DNA of 64,000 nt from positions 76,221,112 to 76,285,111 of the forward strand of contig NC_068984.1 of NCBI RefSeq assembly GCF_001194135.2. The letters run 5' to 3'. Each line of letters opens with the position of its first letter. Position 1 is the stretch's first letter. Below, one piece after another: positions 38,387 through 50,400 of the stretch. A program made the position numbers and the translations under genes. The notes beneath the pieces were generated by a model, which saw only the letters and a list, made by a program, of their open reading frames with translations, was not told where the DNA came from and searched no databases. The stretch comes from Octopus bimaculoides (lineage: Eukaryota).

Positions 38387-41300
38387 TCTCATCTTCTTAG
38401 GGATGTTTAAAACTTCTTCGTTTAATGAGATTTGGCTACTGTATTTAGCAAGCAAGTAACCATTTCAATATTTGATGCATACATTGTATCTGACAATAGG
38501 TAAGGTGGTCAACATGGCTGAGTAATAAGAAGTTTGCTTCCCAACATGGTTCCAGGTTCAGACCCACTGTGTGGAACTTTGGGTAAGTGTCTTCTACTAT
38601 AGCCCCAGGGTGGCCAAAGCCTTGTGAGTGGCATTGGTAGATGATAACTGAAAAAAGTCCATCATATGTATGTGTGTGTGTGTGTTTACATCCCCTATAA
38701 CTTAGCAGTTTGATGAAAGTGACTGATGGAATAAGTACCAGTACTAGGGTTTATTCTGTGGACTAAAATTCATCAAGGCAGTGCCCTAGCATGACCGTAG
38801 TCTTATGACTAAAATAAGTAGAAAGATAAAAGAAGTCAGCCTTACCAGGACTGACCTGGGGTTTAACAACAATGTTATATATGTTCTTATGGAAATCAGT
38901 TTAGCTCTTTCTTAATTAGTTTTCTTAAGAAGCAACTTTTTGATAGATTTGATTCCTGTGTATGGATTTTGTTACTGTTGTTGTTTTGTTCCTGATCAGC
39001 AAACAAAGACATTCCAGTGATGACCATCCCTTCATTTTTTTCAAATATAGATTCACATTGTTTAATCTGTCCTTTTGTATTTTTAAATGCTACAATGTAA
39101 CTTGAAGGAGATTTGACAGCTATTTCTAAAGATCGATCAATGATATAATGATAGTCTTTAACAAATGGACATTTTTATTCTCTTTGGATTTGGTTGACAC
39201 TACAGACTTCTAATCTAAATAGGATTGGAAATAAATCCATGGATCTCATATCAGAAAATGCTTGTTGTTTATGACAGGAATTCATATCATATTGAAAGAT
39301 GCTTCATTGTGTTCTTGGGCTGTATATATTACTTGCTTCAGTTTATATCTCTGTGAGGAAACAGAGTAATTGAGAGGTTGGTAAAGAGAGAGAAAAAAAG
39401 CAGTACCACTCCTGTTTATTTTCAAAATTAAATTCTTAATAAATTTGAGTCTAATTTCCAGCAGAGGATGGAAGAAATAAATAATATATTTTGCTCTTCC
39501 AAATACTACTACAAAAATAAAAATAACAGCTAAGCTATTCAAATGCTATTTTAGAGAATAAATTACTCAGAAGTTATTCATTTTAATCAAATGTTTGTTA
39601 ATCTAGGGAGTCATTGTAGTTCAAAACAAGCAAAATCCATGAATAAAACAATATAAATTAGAAATAAAAAAGAAAAATATTGGCTTTTAGTAAAGTCTTT
39701 AAAGTTAAATTAAAGCTAGTCTCTCTTTCGAAACAGGATCCCCAGCTTTCTATTTTCAGATTATATCCTTGCTGTTTTCGACCATTTACCTTCAGCTGGG
39801 AAAAATGGTTTTATAAACAGTGTGTTTGTGGGCTTTGAAGGAAACAAAGCAGGTTGTTCACATGATGAGCCATGAAAACTAATACAATATTATATTGATT
39901 TGCTGAAAGCATTGTAATAATCATCAATGGTTTCAGTCTAATCAATGATTCTATTGGCCCAGTGAAAACATCCCAATAGAAAAAAAGAAAATAATCGATA
40001 GTTTTGCCCTTTGATGTCTTCCAATTTCATAACTGAAGCACTTGTGGTAGAGCTAACATCTAGCTTCTTTGTCAGCTTAAATCTGTTACACTTGACTGCT
40101 TCAATGTAAGCTCTTTGTTTGCATTTACTTTTGAAGTTGTATAGACTTAAAACATCTTAAACATGTTGATCCCAAAGTGTTAATAACATGAAGATATGTG
40201 TGCAGGCATGGCTGTGTGGTCTAGGAGTTTGGTTTGCTGCCATATATTATTCTGGGTTTGATCCAATTCCATCTTGTGAGTGAAATTATATAGATGAAAC
40301 GTTTGTGAAAGCCTGAGCAAATGTAACTGACCTGACATAGTTATTTAGGACCAAAATGTCATGTGCAGTCATAGTTTAGTTGCCCTGCAGATGTGAACAT
40401 CTCTTCTACAATCAGAATGAGAATATCTATGAACAGCTGCTTTGTAAACTGCAACTCTTCTAACATGATCATAAATGTACAGTTGGTTCTGTTAGTAAAT
40501 GTCTAAGTCATAATCTGGAGAAGCTCGGATTTTCAACTTGTAAGTGGAACAGTAAAAATATGCAAGACTTTCTTGAATTTTGACATGTAACAATTATTGT
40601 TGTTCTCCATATCCAGTAATGGAGCTATGGTTTCTTTGTTAGAAATCATTTATTCATGGCACCAGTACTAGTGAGGTAGCTCACTGAATGGGACTACAGT
40701 AAAGAGGGCAGCTGCGTTATGCTAGATGATGAGAGGTTAAAAGGATGAGAGAAGGGGATGGAACAGATTTCTTACTGTAGAGGCTCCCCTTGAAATAATT
40801 TGATTTGTTTTTTAATGTTTTATTTTATTTTATATAATCCATTCTGCTTGTAGGTGATGAATCAGTTGTTATTGTTGTTTAGCTTCAGATCCACTCATCC
40901 TGTAGATCTATGACCCAAGGCATATGACGAGTGTGATTTATGTTCAGGCATGGCACATCTAAGACTACATTATCTATTGTGTTCTTTCTGTAGATGATGG
41001 TGTAATTTGAGGGGCATTTAGCTGCTGTTATTTGCCTGTCAGATGGTCACCTCCCCTATGTTGTGTGTGTGTGTGTGATTAGAATATTATAAATCGACGT
41101 TTATGTTGAGATGTATTATATACAGTAATATCACATGACATGCCAACAAGGGAAATTCTCTACTTGGTCATTTGTCCTGTGAGAAATAACAGCCAAATCT
41201 TTCTCATTTCACATCCTGCCATCTTTAGAAAAAGGATGAGAGACTCATTGGGTGGGCTGGAAGAAAAAAAGAAAAGGAGATTAAACTGTTATGGCTGGAA

Positions 41301-41756
41301 TCTTATTGACCACAGTTCTGCTTGATCTGAACTGGGTTTGCTTATGACCAATAACTACAACAAAAGAGATATCTCTTCCATCATCTGCAGTTAATCATGA
41401 AAAGACACAATATGATAATTCTTTAAATCTACAATTATTGTTGATTGGGAGTGGAAAAAGAAATTCTGTTAAATCTCAGTTTTATTATCATGTTCTTTCT
41501 CTACAAGAGTCAAATAGATGAAGAATTCCAAGTGTTGGCATTATAACAAATGCTTTTATATCATCTTCCAAAAACATTGTGAGTAAGAGTGAATGTATAC
41601 ATGTATGTATATATGTGTGTGTATTCTATATGCATGTATGTGCATTTATATATATGCATATGCTTATGTATGTATGTATCATGCATATATGCATATGTTT
41701 GCATGTATTGATATATACATATGCATGTATGAATGAATGTGTGTGTGTGTATGTAT

Positions 41757-41764
<8 letters not shown>

Positions 41765-41843
<79 letters not shown>
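41765..41843. repeat. (AT)n microsatellite within an AT/GT low-complexity block
   Basis: Uninterrupted AT run. Confidence 0.98.
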
Positions 41844-41844
<1 letters not shown>

Positions 41845-42250
41845 TTGCTTGCATGTGTATATATGTTTGTATCAATATCTGGATGTATGCACATGTGTGC
41901 TTAGCTATTCCTTCCTCAACGACCAGATGATCTAATAATACAAATGTAATCTGACATTTCCAAAGCAACAACTGAATATATTTACAATATTTGAAGGAGG
42001 ATAAAAAAAAAGAAAACAAAAAAAAAGAAATAAAGACTAAAATAAAATAAATCAACGTTCATTTTTAATGTATGAAGAATATTCCCTGTTTTGCTTCCTA
42101 ATCTCATATAAATTTTGGCTTCTTCATTTTCTTTCAAATATTTAGTATGTGCTTTTGTGGAGATATTTATTTATCACACTTATATACTAGTACTTCACTT
42201 CTTGCGTACCTCTTCTTACTACACTATTTAGGTAGTGTACTTGTGTTTTA

Positions 42251-42690
42251 TTAACCCTTTTGATACCAACCTACCCAAGACCACCCTGTTGTTGTGATAC
42301 AAACTTCCTGTTTTTAAGTGATCTAAATTAAAACCTATCAAAATTTCATGTGGATGTTTCAAAAAACCACCTTAATAATAATTAATTTTTACTAATTTCT
42401 TTATTATTTTCAAAATTAAGTGAAACAAGCACAGTTTAGTTTAACAAAAATATGGTGACAAAAGAGTTAACCATTTTGATATAAATCAGCCTGAAACTCT
42501 CCCCTTGTCCATGATACAAAGTTCCTATCTCAAGGTTATCTGCATTTAAACCTTCCATCAAAACTTCATGTTAATCTAAGTTGCAAGCACTTTAATAATG
42601 TCAAAGTTTACCAAATTCTTTATTATTTTCAAAGTTAATCGAAACAAGGACAGTGTATTTCAACAGAAATATAGTAACAAAAAAAGTCAA
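42251..42690. mobile_element. Two head-to-tail family-B TTAA MITEs sharing one TTAA
   Basis: TTAA at 42251-42254 and 42467-42470; the second copy ends AGTAACAAAAAAAGTCAA at about 42690. Confidence 0.75.
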
Positions 42691-43531
42691 ATGCATGACT
42701 TTGTTTATCCTCTGATCAGCCCTGATCAAGCAGACCTACTCTCAAAGGCATCACCATTCCATATCTATTACTGCATTTAAAATGTGTGCTTTTTTTGTTT
42801 TAATCAGCATGCAATTTATCAAGGCTAAATTATGTGTTGATTTGAAGGCATGCTTTTCAATTTATCCAAAAGAAACTATAAAAAAAAAGCAGCATCCCTG
42901 GGTAATGCAGTATATATTAACTAACACTCTAACAGTAAAATGTGATCCGAGGAAAATTTGGCTACTATTTCTAGCAGGCAAAGTGACCACTGAAAGATTT
43001 ACTTGTTGGCTCATTATGATATTTTTATGTGACCTCATGTCAGCTCTCATCAAATTGATCCATTGGACACAGATTGTGGAGTGGCATTTCAGTTGTGATG
43101 GCCATCATGTTTTTTTTCTATTTTTCCTATTATATTTTATAACTGAAGTAGTGAATTAATAGACTGGTGGGAAAAATAAAATGTCTTACAGTATTTTGTT
43201 GTCCTTGCTACATTTTGGTTTCAAATCTTACTGAGGTCAACTTTGCTTTTTCATCATTCTGGTATTGGACAAAATGAAGTACTATTAAGAACTGTTTTCA
43301 ATTTAATTGACTATGTCAGTCTTTCCAAGTTGTTTGCTACTTTGTGCCTATGTTAGAAACTATTTTTAATGTTGTTGTGTGACCCCCCCACTCCCCGTCC
43401 TACCACAGGTCAGGCCTGATCCAGCAGAGCAATGGCACATAGGTAGTCAGAGAGATGCTCCTTCTATGACCTTTCTTTCTTCTGTTCTGTTTTATCTAAG
43501 ACTAGCTTGTTCTGAATATTCTTCCGTTTCT

Positions 43532-43801
43532 TATTTTATTTATTTATTTATTTATTTTTTTTTTATTTATTTATTTTATTGCCCACAAGGGGCTAAACAT
43601 AGAGGGGACAAACAAGGACAGACAAAGGGATTAAATCGATTCCATTGACCCCAGTGCATAACTGGTACTGAATTTATTGACCCTGAAAGGATGAAAGGCA
43701 AAATCGACCTCGGCGGAATTTGAACTCAGAATGTAACGGCAGACGAAATACCGCTAAGCATTTCGCCCAGTGTACTAATGTTTCTGCCAACTCGCCGCCT
43801 T
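43532..43801 (-). mobile_element. Recent SINE insertion (GGCGGCGAGTTGGCAGAA head) with a 16-bp TSD
   Basis: TSD ATATTCTTCCGTTTCT at 43516-43531 and 43802-43817; (TTAT)n tail; CpGs retained. Confidence 0.9.
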
Positions 43802-45050
43802 ATATTCTTCCGTTTCTGTAATAATAGTGAGGAAATTTAGCTGTTATTTCTAGCAGGTTGAATGATTGTGTGATGAGGAACCTATATTAAGTATACTGTT
43901 TACATTAATCAGACTAGTGTCCTCATCTTGATTGTTGATTTCATGTTTTGACCATTGTATGCTCCAGCCTTCTTCAAGTTTCCTCTGTTGGACTCAGTTG
44001 TATAGGAATTTTGAACCTAACCCTTTATTTGATCCATGGGGATACACTGTCCTCATTCCACACTGCGTTTAGTGACATTTTTTTGATTTAGTTATTTTTT
44101 TTGTGAATTACCTTAGTGCTTTGCTTGGGATTGAACTCAGAACCTCTAGGTGTTTGCAACTGCACTATCTTTTTTCCTCTGATTGAATAGACCACTTTTT
44201 GTTATAATTATCCATCACATTCTTTCAACTTTGTTTTTTCTTCATTAAGACAGCAGGGTATGAGGAGATTTTGTAGATATTGGTTTCAAATTTTAACACA
44301 AAGCCAGCAGTTTGGGGGAAGGGAGTAAGTTGGTTACATTGACCCCAGTACTCAACTGGTACTTATTTTATTGACCCTGAAAGAATGAAAGGCAAAGTTG
44401 ACTTCGGCAGAATTTAAACTCACAATGTAAAGACAGATGAAATGCCAATTAAGCATTTTGTCCAGCATGCTAACGATCCTGCCAGCTCACTGCCTTAAGA
44501 TTTTGTAGCTATTCCAAGCAATTTGAGTCATCATATAGAGGGACACTTCTCAAATGGTGCACTTATTTTCCTATACAGAAGTATAACAAATGAAGTAGAA
44601 TAAACAATAGTATTTTTTTTACATTTATTCATTGTTTTTTAATTTTTCTTTTATCTCCAATGTGTCACACACAAAAAATTAAGAGCCATTGACAAAGAAG
44701 TTCTCTTATTGGTTTATCTGGTAAGTAAAGTGAAAGTTGAAGGATGCAGTCAATTATATTGGTCCCAGTATATTACTGGTACTTATGACATTTGTTATTG
44801 ACATTAGAAAGATTAATAGTAATTTCAAACTGGCAAGGTTTAAACTCCCGCTACAGTGAAAGGTGAAATTATATATTGTAAATTGTAAAGAATTCAGTTT
44901 TCACATTCTCCTGTTTCTATCAATTTGGTATCCTTGATTTATTTTCTTATTCTAATCAATAATGTCATAGAATGTTTTCCAGTAAATCAGTTAAGAAATA
45001 TATAAATCAGGAATAATATTGTTTATTTTCTATTTTGGTTTTGTTGTGAA

Positions 45051-45082
<32 letters not shown>

Positions 45083-45835
45083 CCTCTCCCTCTACCTCTC
45101 TCAATTAAATCATTTGATACATTCTTCCTCTTCCCTTGCACACATGCAAACACATACATATACATGTAGGTATGTACACATGTATATCTATGCTTTACCT
45201 TTCTCCTGTTCTCTTTCTTTCTCTATCTCTGCCTCTATGTCAGGCTCATAATTTCATTGAAATCTTAGAATAAAATAAAAATCTGCATATCCAATTTTTT
45301 TTTTTTAATTTTAATTAATTTATTTTTATTTTATTTTATAAAAGCTTATCGTGGGGACTGTTTAAAACTATATTCAGTTTTTGAAACCTTTTAATCCTTA
45401 TCTATCAGCTTTCCTTCACCTTCAATCATTTTTCTTTTTTTTTCTTTCTTTCTTTTTTTTTCTTTCTCATATTCCCAAATAATTTTTGCATAATCTGGCA
45501 CAGTTGGAATCACTTTAAGTCACCTCAGTTCATCAAACAAAGTAAAAGAATAATAAAATAAAGCAAAGACTGTTTTCAGCTCTGTCTCCATCTATGTGTC
45601 TGTCTTTCTTATTCATTTCTCTACCTATGTACCTTTCTTCTCTGCTGCCATCTATCAATCTATCTACTTACCTACATCTTGGTATCTGAAACTAAATCTA
45701 TAGTAATGCACAAGGACATTGGTATAGATTTATCTGTCAGAAAATATGATCTGTAATATATCCTGTTTCATTAGCAGCTATATTATATATATTGTTCAGA
45801 TGATAATTTTTTTCATCCCAGTGGTTATGTGTGTG

Positions 45836-45873
<38 letters not shown>

Positions 45874-45879
45874 TATATA

Positions 45880-46070
45880 CACTTGAAAAATTTTGGTGCC
45901 GACATATATATATAAACAATAATAAGCCATAAAGTAAGTTTTTATTTTTCAAAATAAAACAAAACTAATGTTTATTTTTGTATACTTCTACTTTATTTAT
46001 ATTGAAAAGATTTTCCCTACTTCTTTTAATTCCAAACTCTTTGATCAGATCCTCACTAGGACAACAAACA
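45880..46070 (-). mobile_element. Second hAT 3'-end fragment
   Basis: Aligns by eye to 12610-12810 (ATTTTGGTGCC...TAATGTTTATTTTTGTATACTT...CTTTGATCAGATCCTC). Confidence 0.65.
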
Positions 46071-46104
46071 TCAAAACCTCAAACTTATATTTCCAATCAT
46101 ATAA

Positions 46105-47480
46105 ACATCATCATCATTTAACGTCTGCTTTCCATGCTGGCATGGGTTGGACAGTTTGATAGGAACTGGGTAGGTAGAAGACTGCACTATGCTTCACTGT
46201 CTATTTTGGTATGGTTTTTATGGCTGGATGCCCTTCCTAACACCAACCACTCTGCAGAGTGGACTGAGTACTTTTTACATGGCACCAGCACAGGCGAGAT
46301 CAGTTTTGGCATGGTTTTTATTATTTTTTTTTACTGTTGGATGCACTTTCAATTGCCAACCATTTACAGTGTGGACTGGATACCTTTTATGTGTCAACAG
46401 CACTGACAGTGTTATCAAGTAACTTGCAAGACAATGATCCAGTGAGAGGGGATGGGGCATTGGAGGAGGTGATGTTGTGCTAGATGATGAAAGGTTAGAC
46501 TATGACAGAGACAGAAACAGATGTCTTGCTATACAGGAGATACATGATTATCTCGTCAGAGAGAGAAATTGAGGCCAGGAACAGGTGTATTGCTATTGAG
46601 GAGATACATAGTTAAACAGTCAGAGGTAGAGAGTGAGAGAAAGAGAGCAAGAGAACGAGAGAGAGTGGAAGAGAGCAAGAGAAAGAGAGAGTGTGGAAGA
46701 GAGCAAGAAAAAGAGTGCAAGAGAGCAGGAGAGAGATGGTGGTGATGTGCCAGGGCATGCTCACAAGGAACAGGAATATAAATGGGATGGTAGAGTAGAA
46801 CAGGGAGAGATGTGTGTTGGCGAAGTGAAAGGGCATACTTTCAAGATACAGGGTCAGAATATAAATGGTAGGGTATTGCCAAGATGCATGAGTTGGGAGT
46901 AGAGACTTCACATGAATGCAAAGAGTGTGGAGGTGGGCAATGCCATGACTGGTAAAACCTGAGCATACAGTGCACATGGGGGGACAAGAGGATAGCAATG
47001 ATACAGTGAGCAGGACAGTGAGGGCAATGAGGATTGGAGAGCAAGAGATAAGCATAGTGCATGAAAAGAGGAAATGTGAGGGTGAGGAGAGATATAGTTT
47101 GGTTTGTTGTGGTAGGGTGTGGAAAAAGTTTTATTGTTGTTACATGTGGGTGGAACCCACAGTGCTTCTAGAGCTCAGTTTCACTGAAGTGGGTGGGTCT
47201 TCTCAAGAACCTCATATTACCAGACATCTCAGTCCATTGTCATCTCCTCTGTGAGGCCCAACATCCTGAGGTCAGGCCTCACCACTTCATCCCATGTCTT
47301 CTTGGGTCTCCCTTTTCCACAGGTACCATCCGCTCTCTGTGATCGGCACTTCTTTATACAGCTGTCTTCATTCATACACATCATATGTCCAAACCAATGT
47401 AGTCTTCTTTCTTGCATACTGCATCTGATTCCTTTTATGCCCAACTTTCAGCACATTTGCACTTTGTCGTATGTGCACAA
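46105..47480 (-). mobile_element. 5'-truncated RTE-clade LINE with a long 3'UTR
   Basis: ORF 47229-47444 MQERRLHWFGHMMCMNEDSCIKKC...GKGRPKKTWDEVV; tail GGAAAGCAGACGTTAAATGATGATG at about 46105. Confidence 0.85.
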
Positions 47481-50400
47481 TGATGTTGCACATCTCTGTT
47501 TATATTACCAAATGTCTCCTTTTATATATGTATAAAGACACTAGGATATGATTTGAAGGAGATTTGATTGCTGTTTTGAACAAGTTGAATGGCCGTCTAG
47601 AGACTTATTTTCATGAGTTCATTTGTTCATTATGTATCTTCCTTATTAATTCTGTGGACTGTAAATGGAATTACATCTGTGCCTTTATTGATATGTCTTT
47701 GCTGAAGCTTTAATACTTACTACATTTTGCATGGATAATGCTATAAAACCATTGATATCTGTTTGGAATAAGGAGGTCTGTTAGTTACAAATGTTGCATA
47801 CAAAATGTGCATTTCAGCTTGCTCCTGTAATCCGAAAGTGATTATTATTTCTCTTGCGACATTAGATTATAAAAAAAATATATACATTTCACTCGATGCG
47901 GAATGTGCATACATTTTTCTTTGTTTGTAGTTGCCTCTAAAAACATTAGATCTAACATACCTCTGGAAAGCTGTCACTTGTACTGTTTTTTGTTTTTTTT
48001 TTCATTATGGTTTTACAGTTTTGTTTTTGTTTTTGCTTAGCTTCTTAGAAAACAAAACATGTACTTACATTTTGTGAGGTGTAAAATGCAGGCACATGTT
48101 TTGTTTAGAAAGCTATTAAGATAACTATTATTAAATTTACATGCACTTAAATTGCATTTTTATTCTCATTTTATATTTTCCTTATTATTATTATTATTAT
48201 TTTGATTGTTTCAATGTGGTCTATTAATTTTACTTATGTTTTAATCTCTTGTGTGTATCTTTGGGTTAGGTTTAACAAGACAAAGCTCGACTAGATTATA
48301 TTTAAAATTAGCTGTTTTGGTATGAGAAACAAAAAGCTAGCAATTTAAACAAAAAATAGAGCAAGAGTTGAGTTATAAAATACAGAATTTCCATTTATGT
48401 TACAGAAGTTATTAAGTCAGTTTATATTATGTGATAGAATGAAAAAGGAAGGAAAATAATAACAATAGTGCCTTCTAGTATAATCTTGGGCCAACCAATG
48501 CTTTGTGAGTGAATTTCATTAACAGAAACTGTGTAGAAACCTGTCAATATGTGTACGTCTTTGTGTGTGTTCGTGTATGTATGTGTGTGTGTGTGCGCAT
48601 GCATGCGTGTACTTGTTTATTTCCACCACCACCTAACAGCCAGTGTTGGTTTATTTACATCCCCTTAACATAACAGTTGGGGAAAAAAAGACCTATAGTA
48701 TTCTTTTATTCTTTTATTTGTTTCAGTCATTTGACTGCAGCCATGCTGGAGCACCACCTTAGAGGGTTTTAGCCAAAGAAATCAACTCCAGGACTTATTC
48801 TTTGTAAGCTTAGTACTTATTCTATCGGTCTCTTTATGGATCAGACAGAATTAGTGAGGTAGATCTTCTACAATTGGATCCCTATTCTGTCAACAACTCT
48901 CACCTGTTTTCAAGCAAGGTAATATTTCTATGTGGTTAGAACATTGGGCTCAAAATCATGAGGTAGTGAGTTCGATTCTCGAACCAGGCGGTGTGGAGAG
49001 GAGCAATTTCTGGTCAACTTTGCCTGGACTTGTGCCTCGAGGGAAACTCTAGGTGCAATCCCATGGACATTCATGACTGAAGGGGTTCTTTACCCTAATA
49101 TTTCTCCATGGCCGGACATGTTTCCACAGATGATTGAAGATGAATGGCACCATTTGTATTTTCACAGTACTTATTTTACAGCTATTATGCAATATGAAGA
49201 CAGTGCGATATAAACACAGGCATGCACACACTAATATGATGTGCTTCTTTCAGTTTCTGTCTACCATATCCACTGACAAGGCTTTGGTTGCCCTGGGACT
49301 GCAGTAGAAGATGCTTGCCAGAAGTGTCATCTAATGGGGCTGAATCTAAAACCATGTACTTAGAAAGCAATCTTCTAATCCTTTCAAAATGAAACTTCCT
49401 GATATTTGCTTTTGCATGAAAGAAGATGGGATTATTTTTTTTTACAAGAAACAAAAACAGAAAGATAACTATGTTAGGTCCAGCTGTATTATATAACTGC
49501 TCCTTTATTTGCTTGTTTTTTTTTTAATGTTAATTTTAGTTAGTATAGGACAGGGGAATAATAGCCAAGACATAGTTTAGAGCCTGGTTTAAATAAGGAC
49601 ACAGGGGATATTTGGAGTAAGTTCATTCAGTCTCTGTGCATGGCAGGAATAACAATTACAAGGAAAGAAATTTCTAAAAAATGAATTTGTGGTTAGGAAA
49701 CACTGAGATTGGGCAAACTGTTCAGCTTGAGACAAAGAAAACAGCTAGAGTTTGAGTCAAACCAACAAAGGAATCTTGTATGTGGTTGCTCACCCTGCTA
49801 GAAATAGCAGACAAATCTCTCTTGTATCAGACCCTACTATCTTAGAAAAAAGAAAAGAGCACATTGGATTGAAAATAGTCTAGATATACTGTGTCAGAAG
49901 TGAGGGTTCAGGATGGTCATGGTTGGAATATCTTAGAATATCCCAAGAAGTCCAATCAGGGTTCATTTGAAGTTAAGTAATAACTACTACTACTACTACC
50001 ACCATTACTGTGGCTGCTGCTGTCACCACTACCACAACTGCCACCACTACTATCTTAGAAAACAAGTGATGGTGTATATCAGAAACAAAAAAGCGAATAA
50101 AATTTTAGTGTGCCTCAAGGAGAGGTGGACATTAGTTTTGAGCAGGGCTCTTCTTTGAAGAAATAAGAAGTTTGTTGAAAAGCTATTCAGTTTGAGGGTC
50201 TAAGAAGGAGGCATGTGAATAGCAATCAGTGGTAGAAGGGTGTCCAATAGAAATATTTTAAAATTCTTTAGTAGCTTTTACTTTTGTTTTCCCAAAGAAT
50301 ATTTTAGGATTGCAGATTTTAAAATGAAGGATCATGGCAAAGAATGTTTTGGGCAGTAGTCTTAATCTCTTTCCTAGTTTAATATCACCACTAGCATTGG

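Noticed and set aside
39760-39852. Candidate coding exon DYILAVFDHLPSAGKNGFINSVFVGFEGNKA
   Set aside because: Weak donor, wrong phase for the host gene and no recognisable homology.
44684-44720. Candidate 37-nt exon ending CTG|GTAAGT (phase-2 reading AIDKEVLLLVYL)
   Set aside because: The acceptor is A-rich and about 25 nt from the pyrimidine tract. Inclusion would shift the frame and break the gap-free NEF1 alignment.
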